The notes: generated from the letters alone by a model not told the origin. A stretch of DNA of 64,000 nucleotides from Candidatus Neomicrothrix sp. UBA2983 (GCA_002346745.1 DEAL01000014.1:5679-69678); one strand, 5' to 3'. Numbered from the stretch's first letter, positions 1 to 12,367 are shown. Program-made: numbers and translations.

Positions 1-1665
1 CACAAACCCGTGCTGCATGTTGGTGCCGTACACGTAGTCCCACGAGACCTCGGGGATGCGCTCCGGTTGGATCTGGCGGGCCACCTCGCTGAACGTGACC
101 ACGCCCAGGTAGTCGCGGGGGAACTGCGTCGAGATCAGCGAGTGCAGCGCCATCGCCACCTTCTTGGCCGGCAGGAAGTTGTCGCGCATCGGCATCGACA
201 ACGACAGGTCCAGCATCAGCACGGTGGCCGCCTGCACCGTCGACTCGGTGCGCTCGACCTCGAAGTCGTCGGGGGTCAGGTGCACCGGCATCCCTGCACC
301 GCCCCGGGTCACCGCGTTGCGCAGTGTCTGCTCGATGTGCAGGTTGAACGGGTCGCCGAACTCGTAGGGCTTGGTGGTGAACTCCCGCTCGTGGCCGGCA
401 CCGGTCCGCTCCAGCTCGTGGCGGCCGGACCGGTCCCGCAGCAACCGCCGGTACAGGTCGCCAAGGGCGTTCTGGCCCAGCCGGCGAATGGCCCTGGGCG
501 TGAGGCTGAGCTGGCCCTCGTGGTTGTCGACGAGGCCGGCCTCCTCGAGCATCCGGGCCAGCTCGGACAGGCGCTCGAGGCTCTCGGCGGACTGGTCGCC
601 CAGCAGGTCGCGCACCCGGTCCACGTCAACCTCGGCGAGGGCGCCCGGACTGGACGTCCCCCGCAGCATCTGCTCGAGCTGGTCCAAATCGGCCAGATCC
701 TCGAACAGCTCCATCGCCTCGCCCATCCCGAGGGGGTCCTGTCCGGTGAAGTCGCGTGACTGCTCCCACCCCATCTGGGGGAACAGATCGCGCAGGTGGC
801 CGCCCAGCTGGTCGACCTGCCACTGCAGGTCCATGTCGCCGAGCAGCTGCTCGGACAACTCCTGGAGCTGGGCCCGCTGCTCGGGGGTCATGGAGTTGAG
901 CATCTGCTGCATGGCCGCCATCCGGCGGGCAATCACCTCGAGCAGCTCGTCGAGGGTCTGCGGATCCTCCGGGAAGAAGTCGCCGTAGCGCTCCATGAAG
1001 CCATCGAAGTCGGGCTCCTCGCCGGCCCGGCGCTGCTCGAGCATCCCGTTCAGCTCGGCCAGCATGTCCTTCATGCGAGCCAGGTCCTCCGGCGAGAGGT
1101 CCTGCATGGCGCCGGCCATCTGGTCGACAGCCTGCTGCATGAGTTGCTGGCGCAACTGGTCGAGCAACTCCTCGAAGCGCTCGGCGGCCTCGGCCGAGGT
1201 GAAGTCGTAGTCCTGGAGGGCCCGGACCTGGCCGGCCAGGTTCTCATGCTCGACCAGGTCGAGATCCTGGCGGCGCTGCTGCGCCGAGGCGGCCGCCACC
1301 TCGTCGCCGCCCGCCTCGAGGTCGTCCAGCGACGCACGCTCCCGCCCCACCACCTCGCCGAGGGCGTCGCGAATCTCGTCGTAGACGCCGCCCAGGTCGT
1401 GCTGCTCGAGTCGCTCCCGGCGCTGCTCCCGCAGCCGCTCGAGCATCTCCCGGAGGCCCTGAAGGCGCTCCCCGTCCACCTCGAGGCCGGACTGGAGGAT
1501 GCGACGCAGGGCGGCGTTGGGATCGCCATGCTCGATCAGCTCGTCGCCCAGGGCGTCGAGCAAGGCGTCGGCGTCGAGGTTCGGGACCGCCTGGGTGCCG
1601 TCCCAGCGCGAATAGGTGAAGCGCCGCGACTCGCGGCGACGCCGGCGCCTGCCCCGCAGCCTCAT
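1..1665 (-). CDS. VWA (von Willebrand factor A) domain protein; C-terminus runs off the left edge
   Basis: Absent from the ORF track because it has no stop inside the window. Reverse-complement translation from the ATG at 1665 gives [25 protein letters not shown]... and stays open to base 1. It ends ...ATVLMLDLSLSMPMRDNFLPAKKVAMALHSLISTQFPRDYLGVVTFSEVARQ...WDYVYGTNMQHGF, which has a DxSxS MIDAS-type motif. Track ORFs 10..759 and 796..1695 (+) are its antisense shadows. Confidence 0.8.
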   Translation of the reverse strand, partial: MRLRGRRRRRRESRRFTYSRWDGTQAVPNLDADALLDALGDELIEHGDPNAALRRILQSGLEVDGERLQGLREMLERLREQRRERLEQHDLGGVYDEIRDALGEVVGRERASLDDLEAGGDEVAAASAQQRRQDLDLVEHENLAGQVRALQDYDFTSAEAAERFEELLDQLRQQLMQQAVDQMAGAMQDLSPEDLARMKDMLAELNGMLEQRRAGEEPDFDGFMERYGDFFPEDPQTLDELLEVIARRMAAMQQMLNSMTPEQRAQLQELSEQLLGDMDLQWQVDQLGGHLRDLFPQMGWEQSRDFTGQDPLGMGEAMELFEDLADLDQLEQMLRGTSSPGALAEVDVDRVRDLLGDQSAESLERLSELARMLEEAGLVDNHEGQLSLTPRAIRRLGQNALGDLYRRLLRDRSGRHELERTGAGHEREFTTKPYEFGDPFNLHIEQTLRNAVTRGGAGMPVHLTPDDFEVERTESTVQAATVLMLDLSLSMPMRDNFLPAKKVAMALHSLISTQFPRDYLGVVTFSEVARQIQPERIPEVSWDYVYGTNMQHGFV

Positions 1666-1719
1666 CTCAGCCCCGTGGCGACGCGCATGGCGTGAACGTA
1701 CGCCCTCGACGACCGACGC

Positions 1720-2742
1720 TCACCAGTCGGCCCCCGCGGCCGAAAGGCGCCTCGCCCGCGCCACCAGGTCCAGCACCAGGCCGCCGATGAACTCGTTGGT
1801 CTCCCGGGTCGGGTCGGCGGCCTGCCGGACGTAGACCCCCTCGAGCATGCAGGCCAGCTTGAAGGTGCTCATGGTTGCGTACCAGCCCAGCGCCTCCACT
1901 CGCCGGCCCGACCGCTCCCGCCACCGGGCCACCGCCTCGGCACGGGTCGGCAGGCCCTGGTCGTCGTCGGTCCAACCGGCCACGAGGTAGCCGAGGTCCA
2001 TAAGTGGGTCGCCGATCGTGGCGTTCTCCCAGTCCAGCACGGCCACCAGCCGCGTGGGCTCGTCGCCGACGGCCCGGCTGAAGAGCATGTTGTGGCGGTT
2101 GAAGTCGCCGTGCATCACCCCCGGCACCGTGCTCGACGGCAGGTTGGCAGCCAGCCAGTCGGACACCTCGTCCACGCCGGAGAGCTCGCGCTCCCGGTAC
2201 GACTCCAACTGCCCGCGCCAGCGGTCGACCTGGCGCTCGAGGAACCCGTCGGGGCGCCCCAGGTCGGCGAGGCCCGGCGCCTCGTGGTCGATCGCCGCCA
2301 GCGAGCCCAGGGCGTCGAGCATCTCCTCGGCGATCCGCCGGGAGGCACCGGGACCGCCCAGTTCGTCCGGAATCGGCTCCCCGGCGACCAGGCCGTCCAC
2401 GAACTCCATCACGTAGAAGACGGCACCGGTCACGCCGGTGTCAGTGCACAGGGCGACCGGCCGGGCGTGAGGCACGCCGGTGCCGTCCAGCGCCCGCTGG
2501 AAGCGGAACTCCCGCTCCATGATCCGGTTGGCCCCATCGACCGACAGCGGCACGGCCGCCGGACGGCGCAGCACCCAGCGCCGGCCGCCGCGGTGCACGA
2601 CGAACACCTCGTTGGACTCGCCCATGGCGATCCGCTCGAAGCGCAGGTCGTCGCCGGGGCCCAGGTCCGCGGCGTCGAACCAGCGGCGCAGATGCTCGAC
2701 GCGCAGGAGGCCGGGGAACGGGTCGTTCGGGTCGCCGGCCAT
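1720..2742 (-). CDS. phosphotransferase-family kinase (APH/choline-kinase fold)
   Basis: Track ORF 1720..3849 is over-extended at the N-terminus. The coding-looking part starts MAGDPNDPFPGLLRVEHL (340 aa). It has the kinase-fold catalytic loop VMHGDFNRHNMLF and the metal site VLDWENATIGDPLMDL. Confidence 0.85.
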   Translation of the reverse strand: MAGDPNDPFPGLLRVEHLRRWFDAADLGPGDDLRFERIAMGESNEVFVVHRGGRRWVLRRPAAVPLSVDGANRIMEREFRFQRALDGTGVPHARPVALCTDTGVTGAVFYVMEFVDGLVAGEPIPDELGGPGASRRIAEEMLDALGSLAAIDHEAPGLADLGRPDGFLERQVDRWRGQLESYRERELSGVDEVSDWLAANLPSSTVPGVMHGDFNRHNMLFSRAVGDEPTRLVAVLDWENATIGDPLMDLGYLVAGWTDDDQGLPTRAEAVARWRERSGRRVEALGWYATMSTFKLACMLEGVYVRQAADPTRETNEFIGGLVLDLVARARRLSAAGADW

Positions 2743-2847
2743 CCCGCGACGGTAGTGACGCTTCGTACGCGACTCCGGGTTGGCCGACCCCTCGCGCCGG
2801 CCCGTAGCGTCGGTGGCCGAACGAGTTCCCCGACCCCGGAGCCCCCC

Positions 2848-3699
2848 ATGCCGATCAACCCCGATGCCGCCGGTTCGGTCGGCGAGCCCGTCGAGTTCTC
2901 CTGGACCTCCAAGGACAGCCTGCTCTACGCCCTCGGCGTGGGCGCCGGCGTCAGCGACCCCACCGGCTTCGAACTGGAGTTCACGACCGAGAACAGCAAC
3001 GGCATCGACCAGGCGGCGCTCCCGACCCAGGTGGTAGTCATGGGTGGCGGCCGCACCCCGGGATTCGGCGACTTCAACCCGATGTTCCTGCTCCACGCTG
3101 AGCAGCAGATCACCCTCCACCAGCCGCTCACCCCCGCCGGCACGGCCGTGGCCACCGGGAAGGTCGGCCAGATCTACGACAAGGGCAAGGCGGCGCTGGT
3201 GTACCTCGAGACCGACGTGGCCGACGCCGACGGCAACCCGTGGTGGAGCACCCGGGCCGGCCTGTTCATCGGCGGCGAGGGCGGCTGGGGCGGTGACCGC
3301 GGCCCCTCCAACGCGTGGGAGTTGCCCGACCGGGACGCCGACGAGGTCGTCGCCTACCCGACCCGGTCCGACCAGGCGCTGCTCTACCGGCTCAACGGCG
3401 ACCGCAACCCGCTGCACTCCGACCCCACCTTCGCCGCCGGCGCCGGCTTCGACGTGCCGATCCTCCACGGCCTGTGCACCTTCGGCTTCACCGGCCGGGC
3501 GCTGCTGCACGCCGCCTGCGGCTCTGACCCGGCCCGCTTCGGCGGCATGGGCGGCCGATTCAAGTCGCCGGTGACACCCGGCGAGACCCTGTCGGTGCAC
3601 ATCTGGGAATCCGACGATGACGCCGACCAGGTCCTGTTCCAGACTCGGGCCACCGACGACCGGGTCGTGTTCGACGGCGGGGTGCTCAGCCGCAACTGA
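2848..3699 (+). CDS. MaoC-like (R)-specific enoyl-CoA hydratase, double hotdog
   Basis: 283 aa from MPINPDAAGSV. Hydratase-type motif YRLNGDRNPLHSDPTFAAGAGFDVPILHG. Divergent from 1720..2742 across a 105-bp spacer. The upstream part of track ORF 2092..3699 is shadow. Confidence 0.85.
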   Translation: MPINPDAAGSVGEPVEFSWTSKDSLLYALGVGAGVSDPTGFELEFTTENSNGIDQAALPTQVVVMGGGRTPGFGDFNPMFLLHAEQQITLHQPLTPAGTAVATGKVGQIYDKGKAALVYLETDVADADGNPWWSTRAGLFIGGEGGWGGDRGPSNAWELPDRDADEVVAYPTRSDQALLYRLNGDRNPLHSDPTFAAGAGFDVPILHGLCTFGFTGRALLHAACGSDPARFGGMGGRFKSPVTPGETLSVHIWESDDDADQVLFQTRATDDRVVFDGGVLSRN

Positions 3700-3712
3700 C
3701 CCGGCGGCAACC

Positions 3713-4930
3713 GTGGTCCTCCCCGAGGGGTTCCGCTGGGGTGCCACCGCCTCGTCGGTGTCCGCCGACGGGGTGGCCCCGGCCGCCGACTGGTCCACCT
3801 GGGAGCGCGACGGGCGCGTCCCCCGTTCGGGCGCCGGCGGCGGGTTCACCAGCGACTACGCCGACGACCTCGAGACGGCCGCCCGGATCGGGCTGACCGA
3901 CGTCCGGATCACCGTCGAGTGGGCCCGCCTCGAGCCGAAGCCCGGCCGCGTCGACCCCGGCGTCGTCGACCACTACCGGGAGGTGCTCCAGGCCGCCCGA
4001 GAGTCCGGCCTGTCCCCGTGGGTGACCCTGCACCACACATCCCTGCCCGGCTGGTTCGCCGAGGACGAGCGGGGCTTCCGGGACGCTTCGTCGCGCAGCC
4101 GGTTCTGGGCACGGCACGTGGACCGCACCGCCGAGCAGTTCGATGACCTGGCCGCTGGATGGGCGCCCATCGAGGACCCGGTCGGCTGGGCCCTGCGGGC
4201 GTTCCTGCTCGGCACCAGGCCACCCGGCGAGACGAACCCCGAGCGGGCACGCGACGCCGTGGCCGGCGCCGTCGAGGCGACCTTCGACGCCTGGCGGCTG
4301 CTGGGCTCGGGCCGCCAGCCCGTCATGGCCGTACTGGGCCTGCCCAGCGTCGTGGCCGTCGACGCCGCCGCCCGGGACGAGGCCCGGCTGTGGGAGTCGG
4401 TGCTGTGGGACACCTGGCTGCGGGCCCTCGGCGAGGGCGAGTTCGCCCTGCCGTGGCGAGCACCGGTCGAGCGGCCGGACCTGCAGGGCCTCGTCGACCT
4501 GGTGGGCGTGGTCGCCGACCACCCCGTCGGCATCGACCGCCACGGCGGCTTCCACCCGTACCCGGCCGACGGGCGGAACGACGGCAGCGGCTTCTGCCCG
4601 GTGCCCGAGGAGCTGGGCGTGGTGCTGCGACGCGTCCACGAGGCGTTGCCCGACCGTGACCTGGTGGTCGCCGCCACCGGCGCCGCCACCGACGACGACG
4701 ACTGGCGGGACGAACTCCTCACCGCCACCGTCGACCAGGTGGAACTGGCCGTCGCCGACGGCGTGCCCGTCACCGGGCTGTTCCACGACTCGCTGGTCGA
4801 CGGCTACGAGTGGACCCGCGGCCTCGACGCCCCCCGGGGCCTGTTGACCCGCGACCGCCGCCTCAAGTTCAGCGGCCGCCGCCTCTCGGAACGCATCACC
4901 GGCCACCCTCCGGACGCCACACTGGGCTGA
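3713..4930 (+). CDS. glycoside hydrolase family 1-like protein, with catalytic residues apparently substituted
   Basis: GTG at 3713, just after the upstream stop. GH1 layout: LPEGFRWGATAS, DVRITVEWARLEP, PWVTLHHTSLPGWF, LFHDSLVDGYEW. The NEP acid/base motif reads IEDP and the ITENG nucleophile motif reads VAATGA. Confidence 0.7.
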   Translation: MVLPEGFRWGATASSVSADGVAPAADWSTWERDGRVPRSGAGGGFTSDYADDLETAARIGLTDVRITVEWARLEPKPGRVDPGVVDHYREVLQAARESGLSPWVTLHHTSLPGWFAEDERGFRDASSRSRFWARHVDRTAEQFDDLAAGWAPIEDPVGWALRAFLLGTRPPGETNPERARDAVAGAVEATFDAWRLLGSGRQPVMAVLGLPSVVAVDAAARDEARLWESVLWDTWLRALGEGEFALPWRAPVERPDLQGLVDLVGVVADHPVGIDRHGGFHPYPADGRNDGSGFCPVPEELGVVLRRVHEALPDRDLVVAATGAATDDDDWRDELLTATVDQVELAVADGVPVTGLFHDSLVDGYEWTRGLDAPRGLLTRDRRLKFSGRRLSERITGHPPDATLG

Positions 4931-4950
4931 TCCCGACCGGTCCGGACACC

Positions 4951-6363
4951 TCAGGTTCGCGCCTGGTAGCGGCTCCTAGGGCCGGCGGTGTGCTTGTTGA
5001 GGCGCTTGGAGAGGTGCAGGCCCTCCAGGACCAACTCGACGGCGCTCGCCACCACGGCCGGGCCGGTGTCCTCCTCGCCGTCCAGGAGGGCGTCGACCGC
5101 CGGCCGCAGTGCCGGAATCTCCTCGTCGACCAGCACGGCGTAGGCGGCTGACCCCAGGTCCTCGCCGGTGGCCACGCCCTCGTGCTCGTCGAACGCCTCG
5201 ACGATCGCACGGTGCGTCTCGCCGGGTACCTGCTCCCGGAACACCGCCAGCACCGCCGACCGCACGATGCGCTCGAGGATCTCGGCGTCGCGGTCCTCGT
5301 CCAGGCTCTCGACCTCGACCTTGCCCGACATCGACGCCGCCACGGCGTCCAGGTCGGTCACGCGTGGCACCGCCACGACCTCCTCGGAGCGCAGCGCCCG
5401 GCGGACCGCGTTGGCCACGACCGCCTCCAGGTTCGTGACGCTGAGGCGCACCGACACGCCCGACCGCTGGTTCAGGTGGGGGCTGCGGCGGGCCTCCTGG
5501 CTGATCGTGGCGACCAGCCGCTCCATGAACTCCGGGACCACCACCGAGAGGTCCGCGACCGTGGGAACGGACGCCTCCTGCTCCACGACGTCCATCTCGA
5601 CCTCGACGTCGAGCGGGTAGTGGGTGCGGATCTGCGAGCCGAACCGGTCCTTGAGCGGCGTGATGATCCGGCCCCGGTTCGTGTAGTCCTCCGGGTTGGC
5701 GGTGGCGACCATGAGCACGTCCAACGGCAGCCGGATCCGGTAGCCCCGGACCTGCACGTCGCGCTCCTCGAGCACGTTGAGCAGGCCCACCTGGATCCGC
5801 TCGGCCAGGTCCGGCAACTCGTTGATGGCGAAGATGCCCCGGTTGGTGCGGGGCACCAGCCCGTAGTGGAGCGTCAACTCGTCGGACAGGTAGCGGCCCT
5901 CGGCCACCCGGATCGGGTCGACCTCGCCGATGAGGTCGGCGATCGACGTGTCCGGGGTGGCCAGCTTCTCGCCGTACCGGTCGTCCCGGTGCACCCAGTC
6001 CAGCGGCGTGTCGTCGCCCTGCTCGGCCACGAGGTCGCGTGCGTGCCGGGACACCGGGTGGTACGGGTCGTCGTTGATCTCCGAGCCGGCGACCACCGGC
6101 ATCCACTCGTCCAACAGGTCCGTCAGGCTGCGGATGAGGCGCGTCTTGGCCTGCCCCCGCTCGCCGAGGAGGATCACGTCGTGGCCGGCCAGCAGGGCGT
6201 TCTCCAACTGCGGCAGGACCGTGTTCTCGTAGCCCAGCACCGTCGGGAACAACGGCTCCCCCGACCGGATCCGGGCCACGGCGTTGCGCCGCATCTCCTC
6301 CTTGACCGGGACCGACTCCCAGCCGACCTTCCTCAGCTCGCCGATCGTGGTGGGTTGGGTCAT
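4951..6363 (-). CDS. AAA+ ATPase of the ChlI/MoxR type (Mg-chelatase subunit I-like)
   Basis: 470 aa. Walker A LLGERGQAKT, Walker B GIFAINELPD, and ATANPEDYTNRGRIITPLKDRFG. This family usually partners a VWA protein. Confidence 0.85.
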   Translation of the reverse strand: MTQPTTIGELRKVGWESVPVKEEMRRNAVARIRSGEPLFPTVLGYENTVLPQLENALLAGHDVILLGERGQAKTRLIRSLTDLLDEWMPVVAGSEINDDPYHPVSRHARDLVAEQGDDTPLDWVHRDDRYGEKLATPDTSIADLIGEVDPIRVAEGRYLSDELTLHYGLVPRTNRGIFAINELPDLAERIQVGLLNVLEERDVQVRGYRIRLPLDVLMVATANPEDYTNRGRIITPLKDRFGSQIRTHYPLDVEVEMDVVEQEASVPTVADLSVVVPEFMERLVATISQEARRSPHLNQRSGVSVRLSVTNLEAVVANAVRRALRSEEVVAVPRVTDLDAVAASMSGKVEVESLDEDRDAEILERIVRSAVLAVFREQVPGETHRAIVEAFDEHEGVATGEDLGSAAYAVLVDEEIPALRPAVDALLDGEEDTGPAVVASAVELVLEGLHLSKRLNKHTAGPRSRYQART

Positions 6364-6407
6364 GGCGGCACCCTAGGCGCGGCCGCTGCCGGCCCTGCCA
6401 GCCGCGG

Positions 6408-8540
6408 GTGGCCCGGGCCGCACGGCCGGTACCGTCCCCGGCGATGGAGCTGACCGGGCCCTGGGTGGCCCACCCCGCCGACGACGCCCTCCGGCGGGCC
6501 TTCCCCGACGTCGACCTCGACGAGGCCGGCTGGACCGGGGTCCCCGTGCCCGGGCACTGGCGCCAGGTCGCCGAGTTCGCCGACGCCGACGGCCCGCTCC
6601 TGCACCGCACGCGCTTCGACGCCGAGGCACCCGAGGAGGGCCGCCGGGCCTGGCTGGAACTGGACGGCGTGTTCACCCTCGGCGACGTGTGGCTGGACGG
6701 CTCCTATCTCGGCGCCACCGAAGGCTACTTCTTCACCCACGCCCTCGAGGTGACCGGCCAGCTGCGCCAGCGGTCCGAGCACCTCCTCGCCGTCGAGGTC
6801 ACCAGCCCGGCCACGGTCGGCCGCACCGAGCAGCGGATCCTGACCGGCGCCGCCCAGGGGGCCTGGAACCCCGGCGGCATCTGGCGGCCGGTCCGGCTGC
6901 GCGAGACCGGCCCCGTCCCGCTGCGCTACGTCCGGGTCGTGTGCACGGACGCCACCCCGACCGTCGCCACCCTCGCCCTGCGGGCCGTCGTCGACACCGA
7001 CCGGCCGCGGACCGTCGTGTTCCACACCACCGTGCTGGGCGTCGACCACCGACACGAGCAGCCACTCGCCGCCGGCGAGAACCGGGTCGAATGGACCGTC
7101 CGGGTGCCACGGCCCCAGCTCTGGTGGCCGGCCGAACTGGGCGACCAGCCCCGATTCGACGTGACCCTCACCGTCACCACCGAGGACAGCGTCGTCAGCG
7201 ACCGGGCCACCCGGCGCATCGGCTTCCGCTCGGTCCGGATGCGCGACCACGTGTGGCGCATCAACGGCGAGCGCCTGTTCCTGCGGGGCGCCATCGTCCC
7301 ACCGCTGCGACGGGACCTCGCCGCCGTCACGCCCGAGTCGGCGGCCGCCGACGTGGCCCTCGCCGCCGAGGCCGGCCTCAACCTGCTCCGTGTCGGCGCC
7401 CACGTGTCGCACCCTGCCCTCTACGACGCCGCCGACGAGGCCGGGATGCTGCTCTGGCAGGACCTGCCGCTGCGCGGCGGCTACCACCGGTCCGTCCGCG
7501 GCCAGGCGATGCGCCAGGCCCGTGAGCTGGTCGACCTGCTCGGCCACCACCCCTCGGTGGTCGTCTGGTGCGGGCACGACACCCCCGACCCCGTCGACAC
7601 CACCCGTCCGGCGCCCAGCCTGCTCGAGCAGCAGCGGCCCAACTGGAACCGGACGGTGTTGGACCGCTCCATCCGCCGGGCACTGCTGCGCACCGACCCG
7701 TCCCGGCCTGTCGTCGCCCACACCGGCGTGCTGCCTAGTCCGCCCGTCATCGAGGACGCCGCCGCCCACCTACGGTTCGGCTGGCACGGTGGCCGGGCCG
7801 ACGACCTCACCGAGTTCCTCCGACGGTCCCCCCGGGCCGGTGGGTTCGTGGCGGCGTTCGGCCCCCACTCGGTGCCCGACGTCGACCCCGCCCTCCTCGG
7901 GCTCGACCCCGACCGCTGGCCCGAACCCGACTGGAGCCGGCTCACCGCCGACCCCGACGGCGAACCCGACGTCCTGCTCGACCACTTCCCGCCCCACGAC
8001 CACGCCGACCTCGACGCCTGGGGTGCCGCCACCCGCGACCACCAGGCCGAGGTGCTCAGGCGCCAGGTCGAGGCCCTGCGGCGGCGCAAGTACGCGCCCT
8101 GCGGGGGGTTCGCCCTCGACCGGCTGCTCGACGGCGAACCCTGCGTCAGCGGATCGCTGGTCGACCACGACCGGCGCCCCAAGCCCGCCCTCGACGCCGT
8201 GGCCGCCGCCTGCGCCACCACCATCGTCGTCGCCGACCCGCTCCCCCCGCGGCTCCGTCCCGGCGCCACCCTGCTCACCGACGTGGCGATCGTCCACGAC
8301 GGACGCAATCCCCTGGGCACCGCCCGCGTGGACGCCCACCTGCACCTCACGGTCGGCGGCGCCGCCGAGACCCTCAGCTGGGCCTGGGAGGGCGAGGTCG
8401 GCGCCGACTCGTCCGTCCACGTCGGCCGCATCGAATGGCCGCTCGGGAACGCCACGGGGGACGTTCACCTCGAACTGGTACTCTCAGCAGACGGCAGCGC
8501 CGCCGACAACCGCTACGCCGCACGCATCACCGAGGCCTGA
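6408..8540 (+). CDS. glycoside hydrolase family 2 protein (beta-mannosidase-like)
   Basis: 710 aa. WLELDGVFTLGDVWLDGSYLGATEGYFF (sugar-binding domain) and NLLRVGAHVSHPALYDAADEAGMLLWQDLPL (TIM-barrel region). An alternative ATG start at 6444 (MELTGPW) is equally possible. Confidence 0.8.
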   Translation: MARAARPVPSPAMELTGPWVAHPADDALRRAFPDVDLDEAGWTGVPVPGHWRQVAEFADADGPLLHRTRFDAEAPEEGRRAWLELDGVFTLGDVWLDGSYLGATEGYFFTHALEVTGQLRQRSEHLLAVEVTSPATVGRTEQRILTGAAQGAWNPGGIWRPVRLRETGPVPLRYVRVVCTDATPTVATLALRAVVDTDRPRTVVFHTTVLGVDHRHEQPLAAGENRVEWTVRVPRPQLWWPAELGDQPRFDVTLTVTTEDSVVSDRATRRIGFRSVRMRDHVWRINGERLFLRGAIVPPLRRDLAAVTPESAAADVALAAEAGLNLLRVGAHVSHPALYDAADEAGMLLWQDLPLRGGYHRSVRGQAMRQARELVDLLGHHPSVVVWCGHDTPDPVDTTRPAPSLLEQQRPNWNRTVLDRSIRRALLRTDPSRPVVAHTGVLPSPPVIEDAAAHLRFGWHGGRADDLTEFLRRSPRAGGFVAAFGPHSVPDVDPALLGLDPDRWPEPDWSRLTADPDGEPDVLLDHFPPHDHADLDAWGAATRDHQAEVLRRQVEALRRRKYAPCGGFALDRLLDGEPCVSGSLVDHDRRPKPALDAVAAACATTIVVADPLPPRLRPGATLLTDVAIVHDGRNPLGTARVDAHLHLTVGGAAETLSWAWEGEVGADSSVHVGRIEWPLGNATGDVHLELVLSADGSAADNRYAARITEA

Positions 8541-8628
8541 CCCCCCTCGGCCGATGCCGGCGGCCGACCGGGTCGCTACCGTCTCCCCCACGCCGAAACC
8601 CCCGGCCACCCGCCCCCTGGAGGACCAG

Positions 8629-9468
8629 ATGCCACAGACCACCGGCGAGCGCTACCGTGTCGCCCCGGTCCACCGACGCGGCAGGGAGTGGCCCTTCCCG
8701 CTGAACCTCTACCAGACCGCCGTCGGCCGCAAGTGGGTCATGGCCCTCACCGGCATCGGCCTCATCGGCTTCGTCGTCGCCCACATGATCGGCAACCTGC
8801 ACGTGTACGAGGGCCCCGCCCGCATGCACGAGTACGCCGAGACCCTCCGCACCATCGGGGGTGGCCTCGTCCCCAAGGGCACCGTCCTCTGGCTGCTGCG
8901 GGCCGGCCTCCTCGCCATGTTCGTCCTCCACCTGCACTCGGCCATCTCGCTGGCCCGCATGAGCCGCGCCTCCTCCGAACAGGCCGGGCTCGTCAGCGGC
9001 GCCAAGAAGTACCCCGGTGGCCGCGACCACGTCGCCGCCACCTACGCCAGCCGCACCATGCGCTGGACCGGCCCGATCATCGCCCTGTTCATCCTCTACC
9101 ACCTGGCCGACCTCACCTGGGGCTGGTGGCTGGACGACGACTTCGTCCCCGGCGACCCGTACCACAACGTCGCCGAATCGCTCGGCAACCTGCCAGTGGC
9201 GATCCTCTACATCGTCGCCAACGTGGCCCTCGCCTGGCACATCTTCCACGGCGCCTGGTCGATGTTCCAGAGCCTCGGCGTCAACAACCCTCGCTACAAC
9301 CACCTCCGTCGCAGCCTCGCCACGCTGGTCGCCGGCCTGATCCTCGTCGGGAACCTCTCGTTCCCGATCCTCACCCAGGCCGGCCTCATCACCGAGGACG
9401 AGCGCAGTTGCCCAGTCGGCGAGGTCATCGGCAACGCCTGCCTCGCCGAGCAGGCCAAGGACCACTAG
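8629..9468 (+). CDS. sdhC: succinate dehydrogenase/fumarate reductase cytochrome b subunit (b558-type single membrane anchor)
   Basis: 279 aa from [10 protein letters not shown], with GGAGGA 5 nt upstream. Multi-TM with His-rich helices ([32 protein letters not shown]). Lies directly upstream of sdhA/sdhB. Confidence 0.85.
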   Translation: MPQTTGERYRVAPVHRRGREWPFPLNLYQTAVGRKWVMALTGIGLIGFVVAHMIGNLHVYEGPARMHEYAETLRTIGGGLVPKGTVLWLLRAGLLAMFVLHLHSAISLARMSRASSEQAGLVSGAKKYPGGRDHVAATYASRTMRWTGPIIALFILYHLADLTWGWWLDDDFVPGDPYHNVAESLGNLPVAILYIVANVALAWHIFHGAWSMFQSLGVNNPRYNHLRRSLATLVAGLILVGNLSFPILTQAGLITEDERSCPVGEVIGNACLAEQAKDH

Positions 9469-9479
9469 GGGAGGCGGAC

Positions 9480-11408
<1,929 letters not shown>

Positions 11409-11434
11409 GTCCGGAAGGAAGAACAGGTACCGAC

Positions 11435-12217
11435 ATGTCCGGATCCAACGGCACCACCATCAACGTCACCCTCAAGGTCTGGCGCCAGGCCGGCCCCGAC
11501 GCCCCCGGCGGCTTCGAGGTCCACCAGCAGGCCATCTCCACCGACGCCTCGTTCCTCGAGATGCTCGACCAGCTCAACGAGCAGCTCAACGACGACGGCA
11601 ACGAGCCCGTCGCCTTCGAGTCCGACTGCCGGGAAGGCATCTGCGGCACCTGCGGCGTGATGATCAACGGCCGGGCCCACGGCCCCCAGAAGGCCACCGC
11701 CACCTGCCAGCTCCACATGCGCGAGTTCCGGGACGGCGACGAGATCACCATCGAGCCATTCCGGGCCGCGGGCTTCCCCGTCGTGCGCGACCTGGCCGTC
11801 GACCGCTCTCCCCTCGACGCCATCATCGAGTCCGGCGGCTACATCTCGGTCAACGCCGGTGCCGCCTCCGACGCCAACCTCACCCCGGTCCCCAAGGCCG
11901 CCGCCGACACCGCCTTCGACGCCGCCGCCTGCATCGGCTGCGGCGCCTGCGTCGCCGCCTGCCCCAACTCGGCCGCCCAACTCTTCACCTCCGCCAAGAT
12001 CGGCCACCTCGGGCTGCTGCCCCAGGGCCAGGCCGAGCGCTGGAGCCGCACCGAGGCCATGGTCGAGACCATGGAGGAGTTCTTCGGCTCCTGCACCAAC
12101 CACGGCGAATGCTCCGAGGCTTGCCCGAAGGAGATCAGCCTCGACTTCATCGCCTTCATGAACCGTGACTACCTGAAGGCCAAGGTCAAGAACCGCTCCC
12201 TCGCCGGCCAGCGCTGA
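11435..12217 (+). CDS. sdhB: succinate dehydrogenase iron-sulfur subunit
   Basis: 260 aa from [11 protein letters not shown]. Cluster motifs [22 protein letters not shown] and [12 protein letters not shown]. Confidence 0.95.
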   Translation: MSGSNGTTINVTLKVWRQAGPDAPGGFEVHQQAISTDASFLEMLDQLNEQLNDDGNEPVAFESDCREGICGTCGVMINGRAHGPQKATATCQLHMREFRDGDEITIEPFRAAGFPVVRDLAVDRSPLDAIIESGGYISVNAGAASDANLTPVPKAAADTAFDAAACIGCGACVAACPNSAAQLFTSAKIGHLGLLPQGQAERWSRTEAMVETMEEFFGSCTNHGECSEACPKEISLDFIAFMNRDYLKAKVKNRSLAGQR

Positions 12218-12367
12218 GCGTTTTCCGTCCGGGGCGCCCCTCTTCTACCCACCGGTCTTGACCGGGCCGGATCGCCGGCACCGGGACGGCAGGACCTAGG
12301 TCCTTCGCCGCCGACGGCGACTCCCCGGAGACTTGGCGTGTCCCCCCGACACGACGGAGGTTCCCCT

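Noticed and set aside
1720-3849. Very long N-terminal extensions of track ORFs, for example 1720..3849, 7390..9468, 8688..11408, 27802..29616, 35920..39399 and 50021..52495
   Set aside because: The upstream parts are Arg/Pro/Gly-rich, overlap genes on the other strand or in another frame, and lack motifs. Internal ATG/GTG starts, often with an SD sequence or a 4-nt overlap with the preceding stop, give proteins of normal length.
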